The translations under genes were made by a program, and so were the position numbers. Of a stretch of 64,000 nucleotides of DNA, positions 24,691-37,692 are shown piece by piece; position 1 is the first letter of the stretch, and each line of letters begins with the position of its first letter. The stretch lies in assembly GCF_009914755.1 (NCBI RefSeq), contig NC_060936.1; one strand, given 5' to 3'. Under the pieces are notes generated by a model, which had not been told where the DNA came from, did not search any database, and worked only from the letters and a program-made list of their open reading frames with translations. Source of the stretch: the human T2T-CHM13v2.0 reference genome, Homo sapiens.

Positions 24691-25254
24691 TCCAGTAGGA
24701 AAACCCATGGATTTAACTATTATTATTTTCCATGTCACTGATTAACTGACATCTGCTCGTTCCACATGAAGACAGGAAGCCCTTTTCAGAAGACTAACAT
24801 GGTAACGTGAGATCAGAAAAGACAATGAACTGTAGACATTTGCTCCTTGTGAGCCTAAGCGTAATATTGCTAAGTGCAGCACTAAGGAGATGTGTATAGT
24901 TTGTCTTGTGCACTGCATTAGGGTGTGACGGCAAAGAAAATGTAGCTAAAATGAAGACAAGTCAGTTGATATATCTACTTAGATTATATGCTGAGCAGCA
25001 GAAATGCCTTTGATGGATAATGAAGTCATAAAAGTAAGGTGACCTCAACAATGTGTAGGATAAAAATATGAGTGCTGTATGGGCAGATATGAAAGGGAGC
25101 AGTCCTCACCGTTACAGTACTTATTTCTGTGATGAGTGGTACAGAGAGCATGGATTGAGTGCATGTACTGATGAGAACAAGTTAAGAAACAAGAGCAGGG
25201 GGATTATTTAGTATCTCATAAACTTTTGGGGAAGAAAGCAGGGTATATAACTAA

Positions 25255-25375
25255 ATGAAAGAAAAGAAAGGAAGAATGGAAGGAAGGCAGGAAGGGAGAA
25301 AGGAAAGTAGCAAGGAAGGTGGGGTGGGAGGAAGAGAGAAGGCAGGAAGGGAGGGAGGGAGGGAGAGAGAGTAGG
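25255..25375. repeat. Purine-rich (GGAA/GGGA) low-complexity tract
   Basis: gaaagaaaagaaaggaagaatggaaggaaggcaggaaggg... Confidence 0.85.
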
Positions 25376-25520
25376 AAAACAGCAAATGGAAACAAAGTGG
25401 AAGGATTGTGGTGATTGAAAGTCAAATTTACCCAAACGTTTCATATTAGATTTTCTTAACATAAGGAAAAATTATTTTAACGATTAGTCAGTGTAGGTAT
25501 AAAAATATTATGCCTTTGAA

Positions 25521-25648
25521 TGTATATATACACACATATATGTGTATATATGTATATCTACATATATATTTGTGTTTGTATATATGTGTGTGCACACACA
25601 TATATGTACATACATATAAGTACATATACATACAGAGAGAGAGAGAGC
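25521..25648. repeat. Degenerate (TA/CA/TG)n then (GA)n microsatellite
   Basis: tgtatatatacacacatatatgtgtatata...agagagagagagag. Confidence 0.85.
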
Positions 25649-27074
25649 GCCTTCATCTATTCCTAAGTGTAGGAAGGTTGGAGTGCTTGAATCAGGAACT
25701 AGATTTCATGTTACAACCAAAAGGTGACTAAGTTGCTCCACCACATACATAATAGGACTCACTGTATAGTAACTGAGTGATTGACCTTAGGCAAGTAACT
25801 TGACTTTGCTAGGCTTTAGTCTGCTCCTGTATAGAATGCAGATTATAATGCTCAAATGGTTGTTTTGAGGAGTCAATGAAGCAATGCCTGTAAAATGTTG
25901 ATGTGAATTAAAGACTCCATCTTGTATAATAATAATAATTGTAACACAATGAAACAGATGTCAAGTTGAACAGATACGGTTCAGGGGCACCTAATCACCA
26001 TACGCAGCGGGTGTGCAGCTGATTGGATTCATCCTGACTTTTATTTAAGAAGGAATTAGATAAACTCCAGATTTGCTTAAATTAATAATTATTCATAATA
26101 GGCTTCTCCTTCTGCTAATGTGGAAATAGAGTTTAAACTTCTGTGGAATTTTAGGAAAATAAACTCTATAGGTTAATGAAAGATATGGAGGAATAGGTAA
26201 GTGTTAAATTAACCCTATTTAAAGATAGAAAAACAAGAATGTAGAGATCTATTCCTCTTTTTTCACGATTGTATTGATTGGTGTTGAAAGGACTTTTTAT
26301 AAGTTTAGGAACATGTAGTAATGAAATGCTGGGACAATTTGTGAATTCAGCTGTTGTATTTTCGAAAAAAAATGTTGCTGGCAGCCTGTTGGAACATCTC
26401 ATTTTTTATTCTACTAAATGAGTATTAAAGAGTCTTCTTTCCTTAAGAAAAGGAACATTTCTAGAGAAAATTTCTGAAGTTTAAATATGATAACAGATGG
26501 TATTTCAAGTCTTCTGTCAATTACATATGTGATAGAACTCCAAATTTAGATTCATTACACAGCTACAATTCTTGACGAAGAATTTATGAATTTCTGGTAT
26601 AATCAAAGAATTACCTATCCGCCCCCCCCACCCATAGAGGTATGTGTATATCCTTTTGGAGGAAATTTTAGGTGGGCCAGGTCACCGTTCTTCTCATTCA
26701 AAGATGACTGTAGTTGTCAGCACAAATAATCTTTGTGCTGTGGACCAATAATCTTTTCTACCCTCTGCACTGGAAACCATACTGACTGGTTTGTGGCTAT
26801 AGCAGGTGACCCTGTTATATGAATTATCACATCTTGGTCTTGTGATTATTCTCATTCTTTCACTCAAATGAGAAATTTCATTTCAAAGACTTGGCTTGCT
26901 CCTTGCTGTGGTTGTTTTTTAACCATCTGCAGTGGTATTATCTTGTTGGAACCATGTTCATATGTCCAAAATAATTCCATAGGCTGTTCTGATTTTATAC
27001 TCCTGCTGCTCTGGTACCCTGCTGCCACATTTTTTTCTGTCTTTCCTTGTAAATTTAGACTGTGATTAAAAACC

Positions 27075-27400
27075 TGGGGACCCACTTCAAGACCTTTGCA
27101 CATGCTGGCCCAGATGCCTCTGTTGCTTTTCCCTGGGTTTCCACGTGCCTCCAAAGAGACGGGTTTTCACATGTCACCTTCTCACTGAGACAGTCCCTGA
27201 CCTTCTCATCAGTGGTTCCCATTAAAACCTTCCCAGTCCCATTATTTCTTAATTAAACACTGTAGGTTTTTTTGTAGCATTTATTATGATTTATAATTAT
27301 TTATTACATATTTACTTGTTTCTTTATCTTTCTGTTATACTTATGAGAGTAGGACTGGAACACTTTTATTTTCCCAGATCTCTTAATTGGCAAGTATGTG
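27075..27400 (+). mobile_element. L2 3' region fragment
   Basis: cctttgcacatgctgg...atgtcaccttctcactgagacagtccctgacc...tatttacttgtttc. Confidence 0.65.
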
Positions 27401-27404
27401 TTTA

Positions 27405-28385
27405 ATCATTTTGTTAATCTTTAATTTGAACTCATTTAGAACTTACAGAAAAGTTGTAAATGATAGTACAAAAACTTTCAAATATTCATATTTAGCAATT
27501 ATCACCATGTTTTAAAATCATATTTGCACTATTATTTTCTGTTTGTATATATCCTTAAATAGTTGTGTTTTCTAAGAACAAGAACATTCTTGTTTGTAAA
27601 CACAAGACAATTATCAAGACATTTAACATGGATGTGGTATTAATAATCTATATTATTATGTAGATTTTGATAGACATTTCGATAACTCTTTCATTAATGA
27701 TTGTTCTATCAACTGTTTTACCAGCCCAAGATGCAATATGAGTTGCATTTAGTAGTTAGCTCATTTCTTTGGTCTCTTTAAACCTCAAACCATTTCTTAG
27801 CCTATTTTATTTTATTTTATTTTATTTTATCTTATTATTTTATTTTATATTTTATTTTATTTTATTTTATTTTATTTTATTTTATTTTATTTTATTTTAT
27901 TTTATTTTATTTTAATTAGAGATGGAGTCTCTCTCCGCTGCCCAGGCTGGAGTGCAGTGGCACAATCTTGGCTCATTGCAACCTCCACCTCCTGGGCTCA
28001 AGTGATACCTCCCAAGTAGCTGGGATTACAAGCATTCACCACCATACCCAGCTAATGTTTGTATTTTTAGTAGAGATGGGGTTTCACCATGTTGGCCAGG
28101 CTGGTCTTGAACTCCTGACCTCAAGTTATCTGCCCGTGTTGGCCTCCCAAAATGCTGGGATTACAGGCATGAGCCATCGCATCTGGCCTTCTTAGCCTTT
28201 ATAACCTAGACATTTTAAAAGAGGATAGAATAGGTCAGTAATATAGTAGAATGTTCCTCCATTTGCAGTTATCTGATGTTGCTACATGATTGGATTCCAT
28301 GCTGCATTTTTATGAGGAATACTACATGAGAGGTGTTTCCTTCTTACTGCATTACATGAAGAGGCACATGATGTCAGATGGTCAC
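27405..28385 (-). mobile_element. L1MC-type 3' end, antisense, interrupted by Alu
   Basis: tttagaacttacagaaaagttgtaaatgatagtaca...; resumes after the Alu with tagtagaatgttcctccatttgcagttatctgatg. Confidence 0.7.
27804..28188 (-). mobile_element. Alu (AluS), antisense, with expanded (ATTTT)n tail
   Basis: (ATTTT)n at 27804-27914 then the Alu body. TSD ttcttagcct on both sides. Confidence 0.94.
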
Positions 28386-28638
28386 GTTTAAATCATATTT
28401 CTTAACAGTGACTAAATGGATGGTAGAGGTTTATATTCTAGGACTTTAGAACTATCGTTTGATTGTTAGGATACCTTACAAGTAGTATTAAATAAATTGT
28501 TTAACTATAGAGAGGAGACATGAGTGTGAGTTCAGGCCTTTGGACCCCTCGTGTTAGTCTAGAGTTAGCTGTTACACACTCTTAAGTTTTCTGTATTTGA
28601 AACATATGCTTATTATTTACTGTCAAAAAGCTGTTTGA

Positions 28639-29030
<392 letters not shown>

Positions 29031-29048
29031 TTAAGCTTAACGTTATTT

Positions 29049-32000
29049 TGTCAGAGGCATGTGAACCAGAGCAATTCCATCTTGAATAGGAGCTGGGTAA
29101 AATAAGGCTGACACCTACTGGGCTGCATTCCCAGATGGTTAAGGCATTCTAAGTCACACGATGAGATCAAAGGTCAGCACAAAATACAGGTCATAAAGAC
29201 TTTGCTAATAAAACAGTTTGCAGTAAAGAAGCTGGCCAAAACCCACCAAAACCAAGATGGCCACTAGAGTGGCCTCGGTCGTCCTCACTGCTACACTCTC
29301 ACCAGTGCCATGACAGTTTACAAATGCCATGGCAGCGTCAGGAAGTTACCCTATATGGTCTAAAAAGAGGAAGCATGAATGATCCGCACCTTGATTAGCA
29401 TATCATCAAGAAATAACCATAAAAATGGGCAACCAGCAGCCCTTGGGACTGCTTTGCCTACGGAGTAGTCATTCTTTTATTCCTCTGCCTTCTTCATAAA
29501 CTTGCCTTCACTTCGCACTGTGGACTCACCCTGAATTCTTTCTTGCACAGGATCCAAGAATGGAGTCTGGATTGGAACTCCTTTCTTGTAACATCTTTCT
29601 GGTGACCATGGAAGGTACTATAATGCGGAAACCCCTGACCCAAATGCTAACTTTGGGTAAGTGGTGGGGTCCAGTAACTTCTTTCTGGAGAACCCTGAAG
29701 GGATGATACTGAGAGACCTCTCACCCAAAGGAAATAGACAGCACTGATTGGATGACTTTGGGTATATGCATACCCAGGAAAAGAATGGAATTAGGTTAGA
29801 GGCTTAACTCAGGGGAGTTAGAGTGTCTCCTAAGAGAGGGTTAAAGGCTTCTCTCAATAAAAGGCAAGGATGCTTGACTGACCTTGTGTTAGAGGCCTGA
29901 TTTAGGAGGGTTGGAGTTCCTTCTAAGATTTAGGGGGTTAGAGACCCCTCTTAGTAAAGTCCCTCTTGGTAGAGTCCTTCTCGTTTAAGTCCTTCTCGGC
30001 TAAGAATAGGTTTGGCACTACGGGATGTTAACTGCTATTCTCTTTGGAATAATCTGCTTAGCACTCTTTGCTTATGACTATGGTAAGCCTAATCCTTAGG
30101 CATGTACAGGCATGTACAGGATTAGGCATGTTCAGGATCATGGGACATGGGGAACTTTTTCCTCCCTAAATGGGGAAACTTGAGAGCTATTAGGACTGCT
30201 GGAAAAGAGTCCTTCACTACTGACAAGTGGCTGCCCGAACTTTTCAGTGTTGGCTGCAATGGGGGGTCTTTCTTTGGCCTCCCTGAGTGCCTCGCTTTCC
30301 CCACTCTGCCACAGGCAATGCTCCTCTCTCTCTCTCTTTCTGCAAACTGGTTGAAAGAATGGTAAAAATCATTGTTTATTAAAGTTTTGATTAATGGGAA
30401 AAAGGATTTGTGAGGCTAATCTTAAGCTATTGTGAATTTGGTGTGTGTGTCTTTCTGTGTTCTATAGTGGAGAGGGGTACCTTAGGATAGAACACAGGCT
30501 TAGGACACCTGTAAGCCCACTTTTCAAGATAGCCCAGCAAACTGGTCAGTTAAAAACTTTGCTGCAGTTCCCTGAAAAAACTGGATGAGGTTTCCTTCTT
30601 GTCTTGTATGTCCTTGGGAGCTTGACCTTGTAACCATGTGGCCATGCTTTCTCTTTTCACAATGGCGGCCTGCATTTAGGGTTCAATTCCTGGTTTAGAG
30701 ATGAGTCCTTTATCTTCTGTCAGTATGTATATGTATATATGTTGTGTGTGTGATATAAAAGAGCTTTGATTAATTGGCTTAAAAATAAGAGCTTAAATCA
30801 AATATTTTGTTAGAAAAGTAAAAAGAGTAATGCTTTTTAGTTCATGTGACTTAAGTAATCTTTAGGAAATAAAGACAGTTTTAAAGATTATTGGTAAAAT
30901 AAAAATATCTTCAAAAATGTAAACATTTGGTCTAAGTTATGCAGTTTCGATATTAGGTTTGCTAAATGCTTTAAGGTCATAAACTGCTTCTTTGACTTTT
31001 GAAAATTGTTCAATTTACCTACCTTGGAGCATTAAATTCTAGATAAAGCCTGGGGACATGTGGAGTTAGCCACGCTGTCTAGCTATGCTGGATTCAGCCC
31101 TTATCTGCACTTCTGCCTGGTGTGTCCTAGGATAGGCTCCACACCTAGTACATAATTAAAATCGCTTACTAACCAGGATTTTCACCAAAAGTAAAAGTCA
31201 CTAAGAGTTAACAGTGTAATGTGTATTTGAGACTCCTAAAGAAACAGTTTTACATGCAAAGTGTGTAAGAAAAGTGAAATGTGTTTTTGGAAATGACTAT
31301 GGAAAGGCATGGGAATGTGGATTTTTCTTGCCTAAATTAAAGGGTTAAAGGATTGTTTTAACCTATATATGCCTAGTGTTCCATTATTGGAACGCTGAGC
31401 TTGTGGCAGTTATTTATATCCTACTGCTCAAGGTCAACACCAAGGTCTGATTTTCCCCCCAAAATTTGTAACCTTCAGCATAAATGAGTTAAGTTAAATA
31501 GGATAAAGCTGAAGGTTTAAGCAAGTTATAGAAGGTTTGTGAGAAGTTAATTATAAAAGAAATTCTGTGTGTGAATATATTGGCTAAAGTTAAAGTGCCA
31601 TTATTCAGTTTTTCTGTTATTGAATTTTGCAATAAAAGCACAACAGGTTTTTCTTAAAGCAAAAACCTGCTTATAATCTGCTCTTTAACAAAACTTATAA
31701 AGGGTTATAAAAGGTTTATGAGAATCTTACCTTAGGGTCAAACGAATTAAGATTAAATTTGTCTATAAGGTTTTATTAAGAATTGGGTTTGACATCAATA
31801 ATGCACTAATGCAACAGTGACATTTGGCTTATTTGGTATAAAAATCATGCAGGTAGCATTGTCAAATGTAAAATAGTGTTTGCTTTCTTTGGGCTGTATT
31901 TGTATAAATGTACTATTGATATGTGTTGAAAATTATAGGAAACTCCTATAATTCTGATATAACTTAGTGTATATTAATAATAATAATTGTTACATAAAAT

Positions 32001-34179
32001 CATTGTGTGCCACAGAGGTAACCAAAATTTGTCAATTGTGTTTTTGACTGGGGCTGTCCTAGAATGTTTTGCCATCCACAGACAACTGTGTTGTCTTGTT
32101 TTGGTCCTCTTTACAAGATGGTTTATAGTCAGGTATAGGACTTCGACAGGTGCATTTAAATGCAGGTTTCTGATAACTTTGGAAATTGTGACATTAGAAT
32201 AAAGGAAACAACTTTCAGGACTCTCATTGATAGCTGAAATGTTCATGAATATCAAACAGGAGTTAAATACATAAACTAAACTAAAGAAATCTGAAGTAAT
32301 CTTTTTACCTTTTTGCTTAAAATGCTGCTGATACTTTGTTCTGTTTTTCAGAGTTGAGAAAACTTTTCTTTTGAGCTATTTACAGCTTGTAGCAATTGAG
32401 TAAAGTATACTCAAGAACAAAATTTGGAGCATATTTGTTTCTCTCTACCTGATTTGTCCATAATTTAGAAACTATTTGTGAGTATCCTTAATTTATGGCA
32501 ATGTAGTTATTTGCGTAAGTGCAATAAGAATCTGATTCCTTTTATAACAGGACACAATAGGAAAAACTGGTTATTTTACCAAGGCTTTGGCTGGAATGGC
32601 ATGCTTTCCTTTAAGGAATCAAATTTGACTTGTAGAGCCAATAAAAGCCCTTTGGGGAAATGTCTCATACCTTGTCTCCACAGTTCCTGTACAGGGTTTC
32701 TGACTTGTGGTAAGTAAAGAATGCCACTTTCTAACAAGTCCAGGAGCCCAAAGTTATCCTGGGACCTCATAAGGAGAGGAATTTACTCAACTCATAGGTA
32801 TTTGATGGTACAAACCCATGGCTGTGCTCAGCTTTAAAAAAGTCTTAATTGAGATTGCTTCTATGGAACAGAGTTCCATCAAAGCCAATTTAAAAAGAGC
32901 TTATGTGAAAAATAATTATTCTTGCTACACTTCATACAAATAAAATGGCCAAGTGTAATAAAGCAAATCAATCTTACCGTGATTTGTCTTTAGTAAAGAT
33001 GGAAAATTGGAGATAGAAATATTATGTTTTAAGAACTGTGGTACACATTATTAAATTCTAGTCTCATCAGTTGATTTTAAGTTTGTTTCTTCAATTTAGG
33101 CTAATGTTACTTATTCCTGTGAACCATCCAGTAATCTCTGACAGCAGCTCAAAAGAAACAAGAGAGATGGGTAATGTAAAAATCTGGATCAGTATTCTAA
33201 TCGTGGCCACATATTGGAATCATGTAGCAACCCCATATCAGCTTGGTTCCAACAGTTGTCCAATTCATGGAAAGCCTTCTAATTTAGTTTATTTGAGATA
33301 ATTTTACTTATTTCACTTTACTGTTGTGGAATATTTTGCTGTTGTATTCTTGGTGTAGGAATGAAGGACAAGCTTATTAAATGTTTTTGTAAACACTTAC
33401 TAATCTTTCATACAGCACCTTTTGTCAAAACTCAGAGTTATGAATGACCCTCACCATACTGATGCTTTCTGACTGAGCTCCTCTCTACCTTGAATACAAG
33501 AGACCCTAATAGTGAGGTAGGAATATCATTGCCCCTATTCAGCCTGAAGAAGTTACAGAAGATGGATCTTCATCCCTCTGCAACCCGTAGGATTAAGGGT
33601 TCTCTTATAAAAGGGTGGGGAGGAATGTCAGAGGTGTGTGAACTGGAACAACTCCATCTTGAATAAGGGCAGGTTAAAATGAGGCTGGGACCTACCGGGC
33701 TGCATTCTCAAATGGTTATGGCATTCTAAGTCACAGGATGAGATAGAAGGTTGGCACAAAATACAGGCCATAAAGACCTTGCTGATAAAATGAGTTGCAG
33801 TAAAGAAACCAGCCAAAACCCACCAAAACCAAGATGGTGACGAGAGTGACCCTCTGGTTGTCCTCACTGCTACACACTTACCAGTGCCAAGACAGTTTAC
33901 AGATGCCTTGGCAACATCAGGAAATTACCCTGTATGGTCTGAAAAGGGGAAACATGAATAATCCACCCCTTGATTAGAATATCATCAAGAAATAACCATA
34001 AAAATGAGCAACTAGCAGCCCTCTGGGCTGCTCTGTCTATCGAGTAGCCATTCTTTTATTCCTTTACTCTCTTAATAAACTTTCTTTCACTTTATGGACT
34101 CACTCTGAATTCTTTCTTGCATGAGATCCAAGAACCCTCTGTGGGAGCCTGGATCAGGTGGGACCCCTTTCCTATAACG
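29049..34179 (+). mobile_element. MER41A-LTR / MER41-int non-autonomous ERV1 provirus
   Basis: 5' LTR 29049-29593, PBS-like tggtgaccatggaagg, about 4 kb AT-rich non-coding interior, PPT aaaagggtggggaggaa, 3' LTR 33626-34179. TSD ATTT at 29045-29048 and 34180-34183. Confidence 0.92.
31362..31488 (+). mobile_element. MER85 (piggyBac PGBD3-derived MITE) nested in MER41-int
   Basis: cctatatatgcctagtgttccattattggaacgct...gcataaatgag flanked by TTAA at 31358-31361 and 31489-31492. Matches the recalled MER85 consensus. Confidence 0.92.
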
Positions 34180-35462
34180 ATTTTATAATAATGTGCCAGT
34201 TTTGAAAACCGATCCTTTATTTCCATAATATGTCCTTGATAGAGTCATAATATGTCCTAGCTGGAAAGCCAACAAGCTCAGCTAACAGATGAAATAAGAG
34301 GTCCAGGATTATGGAGTGATTTGCCAAAGGTCACACACATGATGTGATTTGGATCTAAACATTTCCTCAATGATGGTCATCAGGCTTTTGGATAATCATC
34401 TTAATCCCTTCAGTAGAAAAAATCTTCTAAGTGTAGAAGCACATTTTGACATCATCTTCAAAGTTTTTTCTCTTCAAGGAGGACTGAGTAGAATCTAATA
34501 AAAATGCTTTTAATATAATGTGCCTTGATTGGAGATGGATAGTGGACTAGACAGTATTCTGCCACTGGACGTTACTCATCCTGCCTTCAGCTTAAAGGTG
34601 CTGGTGATCTTTTCAGAGCAGAATCAAAGACCATTAATGAAGTTTGATGTTTTCTTCAGTTCAGTGGAGGTGGAGTTGTAGTGACTGTTTCTTGTGATTG
34701 TTGTCTACCTAGTCAATGGCAAAGATCATGTATATCATTCTTGTGGTATCCATTTACTCTTGATACTGTTAATTTTGTAGAGCATTTTATACATTTCTAA
34801 GTCCCTCAACAAAAGCAGGATGAGAAAAACATGGAGATGGAAAACAATTTCTTTCTTAGGCAACAGGTTAAAATTCCTTTAATTACACTGTGATAGATTT
34901 TACATCTGAAAAAACCCTCCTGCTACATACATAGAGAAATGCTAGGTTAGCTACAACAAACATCCTTTTATATTAGTAGCCAAGAAAGTAAAGGAAATTC
35001 ACAGAGGCTAAACTATGAAAAAAGAGAGATGTAAACAGGGCAGTGAGGGGCTCTATCCTCGGGTTCTTATGGCCTCGTAGGGAAATCAGTAACATTTATC
35101 TTTGCGTGGTATAGCATTGGTATTAGATATAAATAATTGATATTAACAGTATAAATAATAGTTGTTAAATTAGTCCAAATAGATTAAAATATATGTGTGA
35201 TGTTTAATGCAATTAAGTCCGTGGTGATTACTCCTAAAGTCATGTTAGAATTCTGCAAATGCAGAATTTACAATTTTTGGTAGCTATTTTTAGATTGCAG
35301 TCTTGAATTCAGAGTGGGCTCACAAGCTGTCCACTCAATAAATCAAACTCAAATGAAATTAAAATTTGAGAAAATGAAAATTCAAAATGAATGATTCTTT
35401 TACATTTTGAAAACCCTGTATTCTGTAGGAAGGTAATGCTATTATGAAGTACCTTTTAACAT

Positions 35463-35942
35463 TGTGACAGTTTTATGAGTCAGCTTGAATGGCCATAGGA
35501 TGCCCAGATTAATTATCAGTTCTGGGTGTGTCTGTAAGGATGTTTTTAGATGAGATTAGCACTTGAATCAGTGGACTCAGTAAAGTAGATTGCCCTCTCC
35601 AGTGTGAGCAGGCACCAGTCAATCTTTTGAGGTCCTGAATAGAACAAAATGGAGAGAAAGGAGGAATTTGCCCCTGTTGCTTCTCGCCTTAAGCTGGAAC
35701 ATCTCATCTCATCTCATCTTCTCTGGTCCTCAAACTGGAATTTCCACTATCAGCTCCCATGGTTGTCAGGCTTTCAGACCTGGACTGAATTACAGTGCTG
35801 GCTTTCTGAGTCTCGCGCTTGCAGATGGCAGATTGTGGGACTTCTCAGGCTTCATAATTGTGTGAGCCAATTCCACTATAATAAATCTCCGTGTGTGTAT
35901 CTTCTACTGGCTCTGTTTCTATTGAGTTCTCTGATTAGTACA
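35463..35942 (+). mobile_element. MLT2 (MLT2D/B-like) ERVL solo LTR
   Basis: tgtgacagttttatgagtcagcttga...ttctgggtgtgtctgtaaggatg...aataaatctc...ctgattagtaca. Confidence 0.85.
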
Positions 35943-36062
35943 GTAAGGATGCAAATGAAACAACCTTGTAGACATTTTGAGAAATCTGGATGGTCTCGTT
36001 TTTCTCACCTGTGAAACAAAGGAATTGAGTAGATGACTGCTTATGTATTCTGTGATTATATC

Positions 36063-36200
36063 TTTATTCATTCATTTATTTAATATTTATTGAGTGTTAC
36101 TGTATGCGCAATGCTGGACATTTGAAGATGAATAAAATACATTTCCTTTGCTCAAAAAACGTATGTTCTAGTGAGAGAAACAATAGTAAGCAAGTAATTA
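36063..36200 (-). mobile_element. L2 3' end, antisense
   Basis: ttcattcatttatttaatatttattgagtgttactgtatg... Confidence 0.7.
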
Positions 36201-37692
36201 ACCCAATACGTTATTTAACTGGATGTATATGTAGAATTGACTGACTGAATAAACTTGAAGCAGGAGACCAGCCAGGAGATGACTACATTAGCCTAGGGTA
36301 ACACTGAACGTTGAATCTTTCTATTCATTGCTGTTTACCTTAATCTAGGTTGTTAACTTGAGTGTACTCTTTTCTTAAAGTCTATAATCTTTATTAATGT
36401 ATTGAATCTGGCTTGGATTTTAGATGACTTTTACCTGCTGACAGTGCTGAAGTGTTGAGGTCTTGCAATTAGCTAAATAGGTTATGCTTGATAACAAATT
36501 GATGTGAGGTTACACCAGGGAGAGAATGGGACCATGAATTTTCTGTCATTTGATTCAAGATGAAAATGATGGGAATCACACCTGAAGAGAAAGGAAGGCA
36601 ACTGCAGGACTGCTGAGGGCCCCTGAGTTTTCTTAGTATCTTTTATCAAATGAAAGATATGGCAGGTGTTTTATGACATGATAGAAGGACATATCTCATT
36701 CTTTCCCACTAAGTGTTTTCTAGCTCTTTGTTCTCTGATATTTAGCTCTGTGCTTTTCTACACAGTTTTGGGGCACTAATAATATAAAGTAGAAAAGTAG
36801 AAAGTTTCTAGATCACAGAGATCATTACAGATCTCAGTGGTTGTCATCTCACATTGCATTAAAAATAAATCTCTTCCACTGAAGTTGCTATATACATTAT
36901 CCTTTTTAACAATGATATATGCATTTTGAAATATGTAAAGTAAATATAGAAAGAAGTATATAAAATATTTGTAAGTTTAAAGAATAATAGTGAAAGGAAC
37001 AGTTTTCTACCTACCACTCAGCTTAAGCAACTAATGTCCTGAAGCCTTCTATGGACATCTCTCTGATCTTCTCCCACTCCCCTACTGCCTCCTTCCAGTG
37101 GAAACTTGTATAATTAATTATGTGTTTGTAATTATTTGCCTTTTTTATCAGGTATAAATGCATTCAATTAATATGTTATTTTTCATTTGTGGAACTTGAT
37201 ATCATACTCATACACTGCCAAGACTTGCTTTTTTCACTCAACTTTATTTTTCTGAGATATAGCATTGTTGCTGTTTATCACTAAGGTATTTGCTTTTATT
37301 ACCGTATTCTGTTGAAGGAAAATAACATAAAAAATCTTTTTTTGTTCTTAGTGGAAAGTCTTGTTGTTTGTAGTTTTCTTGCCATTTCAAATATTGTTGC
37401 TAAGAACATTCTTGTAACATGTCCAAATTTACAGATAACAAATATACCTAGGAGTCAAATTCTAAGGTTATATGTTATGTGTATCTTCAACTTTGTTACA
37501 TAATGCCAAATGATTATCCAGGTTGGTTGTACCAATTTATACTCTTATCAGCTGCAGGTCTGTTCTTATTATGTAACAGACTATAATTTTTACCCATTTA
37601 TGTAATATGTTATCTCTTCATGGTTTTAATTTTAATTTCCCTGATTACAAATGAGGTTGAAATATCTTTTCATATTTATTGATCTTTCATAT

